Source: a virus
Taxonomy: Duplodnaviria; Caudoviricetes
Virus record (IMG/VR): IMGVR_UViG_3300032155_000031
Location: 1 to 36,350 of that record
Strand: one strand, 5' to 3'
DNA length: 36,350 nt
The notes below the pieces were generated by a model. It did no database searches, had not been told where the DNA came from, and worked only from the letters and a program-made list of their open reading frames with translations. Made by a program: the position numbers and the translations under genes. Shown here one piece after another: positions 16,456 through 25,514 of the stretch. The stretch's first letter is position 1, and every line of letters begins with the position of its first letter.

Positions 16456-17853
16456 GTGAGCGAGGGACTGAATCAGCTCATCAGCTTTTATGACTACCAG
16501 CGTGCCTGGCTGGAAGACCAGTCGCGCTTCAAGCTGGGGATGTTCGCCCGCCAGACGGGCAAGACGTACACCACGAGCGGCGAGATCGTTGACGACTGCA
16601 TCCAGGCCGAGATCGCCGGCCGCCGCACCAGGTGGGTGATCCTCTCCCGCGGCGAGCGCCAGGCGTCCGAGGCCATGGAAGAGGCGGTCAAGCCTTTCAC
16701 CAAGGCGTTCTTCGTCCTGTACAACGCGCTGCTCAAGGGAAAGCAGCCCGAGTTCCGCGAGGAGACCTTCAGGGGCGAGTCTGGGGCCGAGTACAAGGCC
16801 CTGGAGGTGCGCTTCCCGTCCGGCTCCCGCATCACCGCCCTGCCCGCGAACCCCGACACGGCGCGAGGCTACAGCGCCAACGTCTTCCTGGACGAGTTCG
16901 CGTTCCACAAGGACTCGCGGGCGATCTGGAAAGCTCTCTTCCCCGTCATTTCCAAAACCGGCCTCAAGCTGCGCGTGACCTCGACGCCGAACGGCATGGG
17001 CAACAAGTTCCATGAGCTGTGGACGGCCAAGGACAGCATCTGGAGCCGACACCGCGTGGACATTTACGACGCCGTGAGGGGCGGACTGGACCGTGACATC
17101 GAGGCGCTGCGCGCAGGCGTCGCGGACGAGGACGCCTGGCGGCAGGAATACGAGCTGGAGTTCCTGGACGAAGCGTCGGCCTGGCTCCCCTACGACCTCA
17201 TCACCGCCTGCGAGCATGGCGATGCTGGCGTGCCCGGGCTCTATCAGGGCGGAGACTGCTTCGTGGGCAACGACATCGCCCGCCGCCGCGACCTTTGGGT
17301 CGCCTGGGTCTGGGAGCTGGTGGGCGACGTGCTTTGGACACGCGAGATCGTGGAGCTCAAGGGGGCGACGTTCGCTCGCCAGGATGCGGAACTGGACCGG
17401 ATCATGCGCGCCTACAAGGTGGTGCGAGTGGCCATGGACCAGACGGGCATGGGCGAGAAGCCGGTTGAGGATGCCCAGAACCGCTACGGTCGTCACCGCG
17501 TGGAGGGTGTGCTGCTTTCAGGGGCCAGGCCGCTGACGGTGGCCACCTGCGCCCGGCAGGCGTTCGAGGACCGCAAGGTTCGTCTCCCCGAGGGGAATCC
17601 CGTCCTGCGGGCAGACCTGCACAAGATCCGGAAGGTCGTGGGTGCCACCGGCGCGCCGAGGCTGCTCGCCGACCGAGACGGCGAGGGCCACGCGGACCGG
17701 GCCTGGGCTGGCTTCCTTGGCATCGCTGCAGCCGACAGGGCCGCACCGCCGTCTGCCGGCGCGTCCGTGGCGCGTGGCGAGAATCTCATCAGGCCTGGGC
17801 GGCCCTCTCTGCGCGAGATGGTGGGCCGGGCCGTTTCCATCTTCAATCGCTAG
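16456..17853 (+). CDS. Terminase large subunit (Mu gp28-like)
   Basis: ARQTGKT Walker A, VFLDEFAF Walker B, STPNG, VGNDIAR, MDQTGMG, GHADRAWA. Confidence 0.95.
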   Translation: MSEGLNQLISFYDYQRAWLEDQSRFKLGMFARQTGKTYTTSGEIVDDCIQAEIAGRRTRWVILSRGERQASEAMEEAVKPFTKAFFVLYNALLKGKQPEFREETFRGESGAEYKALEVRFPSGSRITALPANPDTARGYSANVFLDEFAFHKDSRAIWKALFPVISKTGLKLRVTSTPNGMGNKFHELWTAKDSIWSRHRVDIYDAVRGGLDRDIEALRAGVADEDAWRQEYELEFLDEASAWLPYDLITACEHGDAGVPGLYQGGDCFVGNDIARRRDLWVAWVWELVGDVLWTREIVELKGATFARQDAELDRIMRAYKVVRVAMDQTGMGEKPVEDAQNRYGRHRVEGVLLSGARPLTVATCARQAFEDRKVRLPEGNPVLRADLHKIRKVVGATGAPRLLADRDGEGHADRAWAGFLGIAAADRAAPPSAGASVARGENLIRPGRPSLREMVGRAVSIFNR

Positions 17854-17861
17854 GAGGCCGC

Positions 17862-19262
17862 ATGGCTTTGCTCGATCTGTTCAGGGGGGTGTTCAGCAAG
17901 CGTCAGCCTGACGTCCCGTTGCGCGAGGCGCGCGGCGTGACCATCGATCCGGACGAGGACGGCTGGCGGCCGCTCACGTCCGACATGTCGCGAGATCTTT
18001 CGCCGATGACCCGCAGACGGATGCAGGAGGTGGCGGTCTTCCTCTGGAAGAGCAACCCCCTGGTCAACCGCCTGGTCGAGTTGCCTCTCGTGTTCCTTCT
18101 GGCCGAGGGCGTGTCGCTCACGGCGTCGGCCGAGGAGGCGCAGGAGTGGCTGGATGAGTTCTGGAAGGATCCGATCACCAGGATGGACATCAAGCTGCCC
18201 AAGCTCGTGCGCGAGATGGCCCTTTTTGGCGAGCAGTGCTGGCCCGTGTTCCGGAACCAGGTCACGGGACACATCCGTCTCGGCTACCTCGACCCGTCCA
18301 GGATCGGCACCGTGGTGTTCGACCCTGAGAACGCGACGCAGCCCATCGGCATCGTCACGGCCAGGGATCAAAAGGGACGCGCCAGGCGCTACAGGGTCAT
18401 CGTCAACGGTCCCGAGGACGTCTTCACCGAGCGCACTCAGGAGATTCGCCAGAGTTTCAGCGATGGCGAGTGCTTCTACTACACGGTCAACGACCTGTGC
18501 ACCGCGGGCCGCGGGCATTCCGACTTCCTCGCGCAAATGGACTGGGCGGACGCCTACGATAAGGCGTTGTTCGGCGAGCTGGAGCGCTGGGACTTCCTGC
18601 GCGCCTTCATCTGGGACGTGACCCTCAAGGGCGCGACCAAGGAGGAGGTGGACGCCCGCGCTAAGACGATCCAGGTGCCGCCAGCGGGGGGCATCCGGGT
18701 GCACAACGACTCCGAGGAGTGGAAGGCCGAGACGCCGGATCTGCAGTCCGTGGACGGCTCCTCCTTCGCCAGGCTTTTCCGCAACCACATCATGGGCGGC
18801 GGGACCATCCCCGAGCACTGGTACGGCGGAGGCGGGGACGTGAACCGGGCGACCGCCGGCGAGATGGGCGAACCGACCTTCAAGGCGTTTTCATTCCGTC
18901 AGCGCATCTGGAAGCACATCCTTGAGGAGGTCGGCGACTACGCGATCCGCTCTCGTGCCCTGGCGACGGGCAGGAGCATCGACGAAGACGCCGACTACCG
19001 CAGCGGGGCCATCTTCCCCGAACTGACCACGCGGGACACGTCGGCCTACGCCGCCGCGCTGCAGCAGGTCGTGACCGCTGTCTCTGTGGCCGTGGAGCGC
19101 GGGTTGATGTCCAAGGGCACGGCTGTGGCCCTCATCGGCTCCGTGGCCGGGCGATTGGGTGTAGAGATCGATGCGCAGGCGGAACTGGAGGCCGCGATCG
19201 AGGATTCCGAGAAGGCTGCGGAGCTCGACCAGTTCCCGGATCTTGGCGGGGACGACGCGTGA
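17862..19262 (+). CDS. Portal protein
   Basis: 466 aa between terL and the MuF gene; RGHSDF and IPEHWYG...NRATA portal-like motifs. Confidence 0.8.
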   Translation: MALLDLFRGVFSKRQPDVPLREARGVTIDPDEDGWRPLTSDMSRDLSPMTRRRMQEVAVFLWKSNPLVNRLVELPLVFLLAEGVSLTASAEEAQEWLDEFWKDPITRMDIKLPKLVREMALFGEQCWPVFRNQVTGHIRLGYLDPSRIGTVVFDPENATQPIGIVTARDQKGRARRYRVIVNGPEDVFTERTQEIRQSFSDGECFYYTVNDLCTAGRGHSDFLAQMDWADAYDKALFGELERWDFLRAFIWDVTLKGATKEEVDARAKTIQVPPAGGIRVHNDSEEWKAETPDLQSVDGSSFARLFRNHIMGGGTIPEHWYGGGGDVNRATAGEMGEPTFKAFSFRQRIWKHILEEVGDYAIRSRALATGRSIDEDADYRSGAIFPELTTRDTSAYAAALQQVVTAVSVAVERGLMSKGTAVALIGSVAGRLGVEIDAQAELEAAIEDSEKAAELDQFPDLGGDDA

Positions 19263-20596
19263 CCGCAGCGGAACGCCGCAAGGCATTCCTCAAGGAGCGG
19301 GCCGCGCAGCTGAAGCGCCTCTCCCCGCTCATGCGCAAGACCTACGCCGAGGCGTTGGCGGTCATGGAGACAGCCAAGCGCCGGATCCGCGAGCAGCTCG
19401 CCGCAGCTCCCACCGACTGGCAGTCGTGGCATCTGCCGCAGCTCGCCAGCGCGGTTGAGTCCGCCCTGAGCGAGGCCGCTGCCGAGGTGGGGCGTCTGGC
19501 GTCTACTGGCCAGTCCAGCGCGTGGCAGATGGGGGCCGACCTGGTCAGCAAGCCGCTTGTCGCGTCCGGGCTGATCGAGGCGTCGCTCACTTCCGTTTCC
19601 ACGCAGCAGCTCACGGCCATGCAGTCATTCACCACGTCCCTGATCAAGGACGCGAGCAGGCAGACCATCTCGAAGATCAACACGGAGCTCGGCCTGTCCA
19701 TCGTGGGGGCGCAGAACACGTCTCAGACGATCGGCCGCGTCTCACAGCTCGTGGACGGGGGCCGGTCCAGGGCCATGACCATCGTGCGCACGGAGATGTC
19801 CAGGGCCTACAGCACAGCCAACCAGACCATGTTGAACGACGTCGCCGAGGACATCCCCGGCCTGCGCAAGCAGTGGCGCAGATCGGGTAAACTCCACGGC
19901 CGCGTGGATCACCGCCTGGCTGACGGGCAGATCCGCAAGGTCGATGAGCCCTTCGACGTCGGGGGCGTCAAGATCATGTACCCCTGCGCGCCCGGCGTGC
20001 CCGCCAAACACGCGGTGAACTGCGGCTGCGTCTCGCTGCCCTATGTGGCGGACTGGGAAGTGAAACACCCCAAGGACGTTCCGGCAGGGCGCAAGGATCT
20101 GCAGTCCGAGTCCGGGCGCTTCGCCGCCGAGATCCGCGCGCACCAGACGCGGGAGTGGATATCCCAGGTCATCACCCGCGAGACCAAGGCGAGCGGCGAG
20201 TTCAGGACCGTGGGCAGCATCTCCGGGCAGATCCTGGACAAGCTGGCGCTCAAGGGCGTCTCCCCGGTGTCCAGCGAGATCGGGCTCGCGGACAAGCGAG
20301 TGCTGCACATGGTCCGCTCAGCCAAGCGCGCCAAGCTGCCCGCGGCCGAGATCGTCCGCTTGCCCGTTCACCTGGCCAGCCCTCAGGCCGTGCTCTGGGA
20401 CAAGAACAAGAAGAACCTTCTCTACGTCTTCAAGGTCAAGGGAGAGGCACGCTACGGCGTCCTGCCTGTCGAGCTGCGCGACAGGGACGGCCAGGCCAAG
20501 GGCGTCGCGCACAACTGGGTGCAGACGGGCGGGTTGGTGGAAGCTGGAGTCCTGAGGACCGTGACACGTTACGAGGTGTTAAGTGGGACGCTTTGA
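19259..20596 (+). CDS. MuF/gpF minor head protein with C-terminal extension resembling a PBECR-type RNase domain
   Basis: IVRTEMSRA, KQWRRS, DH...DGQ, NCGC MuF motifs; then a ~150-aa basic domain (HMVRSAK, LASPQAVLWDKNKKNLLYVF, NWVQTG). Confidence 0.8.
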   Translation: MTAAERRKAFLKERAAQLKRLSPLMRKTYAEALAVMETAKRRIREQLAAAPTDWQSWHLPQLASAVESALSEAAAEVGRLASTGQSSAWQMGADLVSKPLVASGLIEASLTSVSTQQLTAMQSFTTSLIKDASRQTISKINTELGLSIVGAQNTSQTIGRVSQLVDGGRSRAMTIVRTEMSRAYSTANQTMLNDVAEDIPGLRKQWRRSGKLHGRVDHRLADGQIRKVDEPFDVGGVKIMYPCAPGVPAKHAVNCGCVSLPYVADWEVKHPKDVPAGRKDLQSESGRFAAEIRAHQTREWISQVITRETKASGEFRTVGSISGQILDKLALKGVSPVSSEIGLADKRVLHMVRSAKRAKLPAAEIVRLPVHLASPQAVLWDKNKKNLLYVFKVKGEARYGVLPVELRDRDGQAKGVAHNWVQTGGLVEAGVLRTVTRYEVLSGTL

Positions 20597-20717
20597 TGGA
20601 GGCTTCGGGGGGTGCGCCGGTCCCCGCCCCGAGTTACCGCTTTCGCGGCCCCGGCCGGAACGGGCTTGCGCCCGAACCGTGAGATCACCTTCGTCTTCCT
20701 CTCGAGTCCGAAGCCTC
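20597..20717 (-). ncRNA. Putative structured small RNA (~121 nt) convergent on the MuF gene
   Basis: 10-bp closing stem (20599-20608/20708-20717), two GNRA-capped hairpins on the minus strand (CGGGC-GCAA-GCCCG, CCGC-GAAA-GCGG), 3' CCA, upstream promoter. Confidence 0.6.
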
Positions 20718-20723
20718 GACTTC

Positions 20724-21309
<586 letters not shown>

Positions 21310-21310
21310 C

Positions 21311-23587
21311 ATGCTGCTCCCCCCCAAGCTCGGCATCTTCGGAGAGGTCGCAGTGCGTGAGGCCCTGGGGGGCGATTACGTGCAGATCGGCGACCTTTTG
21401 CGCGGGGCTCTGCGGCGTCTGCTGCAGATGGCTGACGACGCCGACCCGTTCCCCTTCCTGAGGGCTCTGTTCGACTCCTCGCTGGTCGTGGAGCGCGGCG
21501 GCAAGCTCTTCCGCTACCCCTACACCATCACGGGCATGGAAGTGTCTTTCGGAGACGTCGAGCCCGTGTATGTGACCTTCGCGCCCGTTTCCTCGGAGCC
21601 CGCCAGGGAGGCCAAGGGGGCGTTCCTGGAGGCCAAGGAGGAAGGCACGGGGGCCAAGTCCTTCCGGATCCGGGTGATCCGGGCGGGCATCTCGGGCAAC
21701 GGCAACTACTACCCCGACGCCGCGCTGCGCGAGGCCGTGTCCATGTTCGAGGGCGCGCGGGTGTTCGTCAAATCCGACAAGGAGCATCTCGCCGGAGAAG
21801 GCAAGGACGTGCGCAATCTGGTCGGCGCGCTGGCCAATGTCGCGTTCGTCGAGGGTGCCTCCCCGGATACGGGAGCGGTCCTCGCGGATCTGCGCTTGCT
21901 CGAACCCCACGGGGAGATCGCGGTCAAGCTGCGTGAGGCGTGGGATCAGGGCATGACCGGGCTGTTCGGCTTCTCCATCGACGCCGACGCCAAGGTCAAG
22001 ACCCGGGTCGTGGCCGGACGCAAGCTGCGCGAGGCCGTCCAGTTCACCAAGGTCTCGTCCGTGGACCTCATCGTCGAGCCCGGGGCCGGCGGGGAAATCG
22101 TGAATTTCATCGAAGCCAAGGAGGAATCCGACATGTTTCGCAAACGTATGATCCGCCTGATCGAGGCCAAGCGCCCCGAGCTGCTGCGTGACAAAGACGT
22201 GGACAATCTCAGCGACGAGGACATCGAGAAGATGGTCGAGGCGCTGACGTCCGGCCCGGCACTCGGCGACCGGGGCGAGGCCCGTGACGCCGGAGCGACC
22301 CGCGAGGACATCGCGGCCGCCATGAAGATGGTCGAGGCGCGCGCCTCCATGCGCGTGTCCATCGCCGAATCCGGCCTTCCCCAGGCCGCCAGGGACCGTC
22401 TGCGCAAGGACTTCGAGGCCATGGAGCGCTTCACCGAATCCGAGGTCGAGCAGCGCATCAAGGACGAGCGCGAGTACCTCGGCCGCTTCGCCGAGTCCGG
22501 CCGCATCCAGGGCCTGGGCGACGGCCGGATCGAGCCCGGCGAGAGCCGCGCCGAGAAGGTCTCCAGCATGCTGGATGCCTTCTTCGACCAGGGTCACAAA
22601 GACCACGGGGCTGTACGCTCCTTCAAGGAGGCGTACATCGACATCACCGGCGACCGCCTGGTCACCGGCCTGCGCTCCAACTGCGACTCCGCCCGGCTGC
22701 GCGAGGCCCTGGGCACCTCGGAGCTTTCCGACGTGCTGGGCAGCGCCCTGCGCCGTCGCATGATCGCCGACTACCGCACCCCGGACATCTACAGCATCTG
22801 GCGCAACGCCGTGGTCATCGACAACGCTGTGGACTTCCGCACCCAGGAGCGCGCCCGCATGGGCGGCTACGGCGATCTGCCGGGCGTCAACGAGGCCGGC
22901 GACTACCAGGCGCTGACCTCGCCGAGCGACGAGAAGGCGACCTTCGCCGTGACCAAGCGCGGCGGCCTGGAGTCCATCACCCTCGAAGCCATCAAGAACG
23001 ACGACGTGGCGGCCATCCGCCAGGTGCCCGTGAAGCTCTCCCGGGCCGCCAAGCGGACCCTGGCCAAGTTCGTCTTCGACTTCGTGCGCACCAACCCGAC
23101 CATCTACGACAGCGTGGCCTTCTTCCACGCCACGCACGGCAACCTGGGCGCGGCCGCGCTCGACGCCACCACCTACGCCGCCGCCCGGCTGGCCATGCTC
23201 AAGCAGACCGAGCTCTCCTCCGCCGACCGCCTGGGCATCGGGCCGCGCTTCCTGCTCGTTCCGGCCGACCTGGAGGAGGCCGCCGCGAACATCTTCCGGC
23301 GCAACACCAACCAGGACAAGACCTTCATCCAGTCCCTGTCGCCGGACATCCTGCCGATCTGGTACTGGACCGACGCCAACGACTGGGCTGTCCTCGCCGA
23401 TCCCATGGACATCCCCACCATCACCGTGGGCTTCCTGGACGGCAACGAGGAGCCCGAGATCTTCGTGCAGGACAGCCCGACCGGGGGCAGCATGTTCTCC
23501 TCGGACAAGCTGACCTGGAAGATCCGGCACATCTACGGCGGCGCGGTGACCGACTATCGCGGCGCTTACAAGGCCGTGGTCGCCTAA
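21311..23587 (+). CDS. Fused prohead protease / scaffold / major capsid protein (Mu gpT-type capsid domain)
   Basis: IRAGISGNGNYYP and GFSID...SVDLIVEPGAGG protease motifs; acidic helical middle; capsid motifs ITLEAIKNDD, FFHATHGNL, FLLVP, GFLDGNEEP, KIRHIYGG..DYRG. Confidence 0.88.
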   Translation: MLLPPKLGIFGEVAVREALGGDYVQIGDLLRGALRRLLQMADDADPFPFLRALFDSSLVVERGGKLFRYPYTITGMEVSFGDVEPVYVTFAPVSSEPAREAKGAFLEAKEEGTGAKSFRIRVIRAGISGNGNYYPDAALREAVSMFEGARVFVKSDKEHLAGEGKDVRNLVGALANVAFVEGASPDTGAVLADLRLLEPHGEIAVKLREAWDQGMTGLFGFSIDADAKVKTRVVAGRKLREAVQFTKVSSVDLIVEPGAGGEIVNFIEAKEESDMFRKRMIRLIEAKRPELLRDKDVDNLSDEDIEKMVEALTSGPALGDRGEARDAGATREDIAAAMKMVEARASMRVSIAESGLPQAARDRLRKDFEAMERFTESEVEQRIKDEREYLGRFAESGRIQGLGDGRIEPGESRAEKVSSMLDAFFDQGHKDHGAVRSFKEAYIDITGDRLVTGLRSNCDSARLREALGTSELSDVLGSALRRRMIADYRTPDIYSIWRNAVVIDNAVDFRTQERARMGGYGDLPGVNEAGDYQALTSPSDEKATFAVTKRGGLESITLEAIKNDDVAAIRQVPVKLSRAAKRTLAKFVFDFVRTNPTIYDSVAFFHATHGNLGAAALDATTYAAARLAMLKQTELSSADRLGIGPRFLLVPADLEEAAANIFRRNTNQDKTFIQSLSPDILPIWYWTDANDWAVLADPMDIPTITVGFLDGNEEPEIFVQDSPTGGSMFSSDKLTWKIRHIYGGAVTDYRGAYKAVVA

Positions 23588-23597
23588 GGAGCGCGCG

Positions 23598-24263
23598 ATG
23601 CTGGCGGATCTGCAGGCGCTGGTTGACAACCTGGTCAGGGACGAGGGCGGTCGTATCTCCTCCGAGGAGCGCGACCTGGCCATTTCCCTGGCGGTTGTCC
23701 GCTACTCCACGGATCGCCCCCGGATCCAGGGGGAGGATTACGCCGCTACTGGCGGACGCATCCTCGCCCTGCCCGCCGGCTTCGACGCGGACTTCTCGCG
23801 CATCGTCAGCATCGAGAGCCCTCCGGATCTGGCCCCGCCCGCCCTCATCACGGGGTGGACCATGGGGCGAGGCCTTTCCGGAGAGCGCATCGAGTTGGAA
23901 TCCTCACTGAACACCGGGGATGCCGTGCGGGTGTTCTACACCGCCCGGCACGATCTCTCTGCGGACACGGACACCATCCCACTGAGGGACCGCGAAGCCG
24001 TGGCCAACTGGGCGGCCGCCCTGCTGCTCGACGAACTCGCCAACGCGAGCGCCGGAGACCGGCAGGGAACCATCCAGGCGGACAGCGTGGATCACGCCTC
24101 CAGGAGCAAGGAATACAGCTACCGGGCCAAGTCCGCCCGGCAGCTGTACCTCGACCATCTGGGGATCGACACCAAGCGGAACGCCGCAGCCGGGACCGTG
24201 GTCACGCTTCCCTCCAAGGACAGCCTGGGCGGTCCTCGCTTCTACCATGGAGTCGATCGATGA
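23598..24263 (+). CDS. Putative head-tail adaptor/connector protein
   Basis: AAGGAG RBS; position directly after the capsid gene. Confidence 0.65.
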   Translation: MLADLQALVDNLVRDEGGRISSEERDLAISLAVVRYSTDRPRIQGEDYAATGGRILALPAGFDADFSRIVSIESPPDLAPPALITGWTMGRGLSGERIELESSLNTGDAVRVFYTARHDLSADTDTIPLRDREAVANWAAALLLDELANASAGDRQGTIQADSVDHASRSKEYSYRAKSARQLYLDHLGIDTKRNAAAGTVVTLPSKDSLGGPRFYHGVDR

Positions 24264-24769
24264 GCGCCTCGGTAGTCGTGCTCGGAGGAGAGCGCCTGGC
24301 CAAGGCGTTCGGCCGCGCGCCGGAGCTCGCGCAGCATGGGCTGCGCGCCGGCGTTATGGAGGCCAGTCTTTTCCTGCAGCGCGAGGCCCAGGAGAACGCG
24401 CCCGTCGGAATTGGCGGCGGCGCTGGTCTGAAGGGCTCGATCATGGCGCAGCCTCCAGCGGTCCGCGCTGACAACGTGATCGGATCCGTGGGCACGTCCA
24501 TCGCGCATGCCATACCCGTCGAGCTGGGGACAAAACCGCATTTCCCGCCCGTGACGCCCCTGGCCGAGTGGGCCCGTCACACCCTGGGCATCCCCGAGCC
24601 CGAGGCCGAGTCCGTGGGCTTCCTGATCGCCCGGGCGATCGCCAAACGCGGCACCAAGGGGACCAGGTTCATGGCCAGGACGTTTGAGCGCAATGCCCAG
24701 GCTGCACGGGAGATCCTGGACAAGCACGTGCGCCGCATCCTGGCCAAGCTGAAGGGAGGCGCGTCGTGA
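24260..24769 (+). CDS. HK97 gp10-like neck/tail completion protein
   Basis: APVG...LKGSI, VELGTKPHFPP, IAKRGTKG..FM motifs. Confidence 0.8.
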   Translation: MSASVVVLGGERLAKAFGRAPELAQHGLRAGVMEASLFLQREAQENAPVGIGGGAGLKGSIMAQPPAVRADNVIGSVGTSIAHAIPVELGTKPHFPPVTPLAEWARHTLGIPEPEAESVGFLIARAIAKRGTKGTRFMARTFERNAQAAREILDKHVRRILAKLKGGAS

Positions 24770-25335
24770 GCTCCGCCATCCGCGCCGCCATCGTGAGCAG
24801 CCTGCAGGCCGTGTCAGGCATCGGGTCCGTGCACGACCGTGAGCGCTTCGCCGCACGAGAGAAGGATCTGGCTGATCTGTACCTCACCGGGGGCAAGCTG
24901 GCTGGCTGCCATGTACGACGTGTCAGCGTGCGCGAGGCGCCCTACAGCACCCTGTACAACACCGTGTACACCCGCTGGCGGATCAGCCTCTTCGCCTCGT
25001 TCCTGGACGCGGAGTCGAGCGAGATCCTGTTCGACGACCTGGTCGATCGCATCAGGGCCAAGTTCCGCAACAGCGATCTCGGCGGCCTGGTCGAGTCCAT
25101 CGGGGATGAGGGCGAAGCCGGGGTGCAGCTGGATGATTCTGGCCCGGTCATGTTTTCGGGAGTGCTCTGTCACTCCGCCCGCCTGTCCCTGACCACGCGT
25201 CACAAGCAGCCGAAGAGCGAGGATCCCGACGACGCGACGGCCTGCCAGCTCTCCGGCATAGACATTTCCTGGGATCTAGCAGGGACCGATTCCACCGAGG
25301 AAGCACGAGACAGCATCAACATGGAGGAATCCTGA
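24766..25335 (+). CDS. Putative tail terminator/completion protein
   Basis: GSVHDRER, PVMFSGVLCHSARL motifs; lies upstream of the sheath gene. Confidence 0.65.
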   Translation: MSSAIRAAIVSSLQAVSGIGSVHDRERFAAREKDLADLYLTGGKLAGCHVRRVSVREAPYSTLYNTVYTRWRISLFASFLDAESSEILFDDLVDRIRAKFRNSDLGGLVESIGDEGEAGVQLDDSGPVMFSGVLCHSARLSLTTRHKQPKSEDPDDATACQLSGIDISWDLAGTDSTEEARDSINMEES

Positions 25336-25511
25336 TGCAGACCTTTTTCATCAAGCCCAAGGCCGGACTCCGGGTGCTGGACCCGGACATGACACCGCCG
25401 CAGCCGTTGCCCCCTGAGGGCAAGGACGTGCCCCGCAACGCCTACTGGCTGCGTCGCCTCGCCGCTGGCGATGTGGCCGAGGCCAAGCCCGCCAAGGGCC
25501 GCAAGGAGTAA
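25335..25511 (+). CDS. DUF2635 family protein (Mu gp38-like)
   Basis: Not in the ORF track (58 aa): MQTFFIKPKAGLRVLDP...LPPEGKDVPRNAYWLRRLAAGDV. Confidence 0.88.
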   Translation: MQTFFIKPKAGLRVLDPDMTPPQPLPPEGKDVPRNAYWLRRLAAGDVAEAKPAKGRKE

Positions 25512-25514
25512 GCG

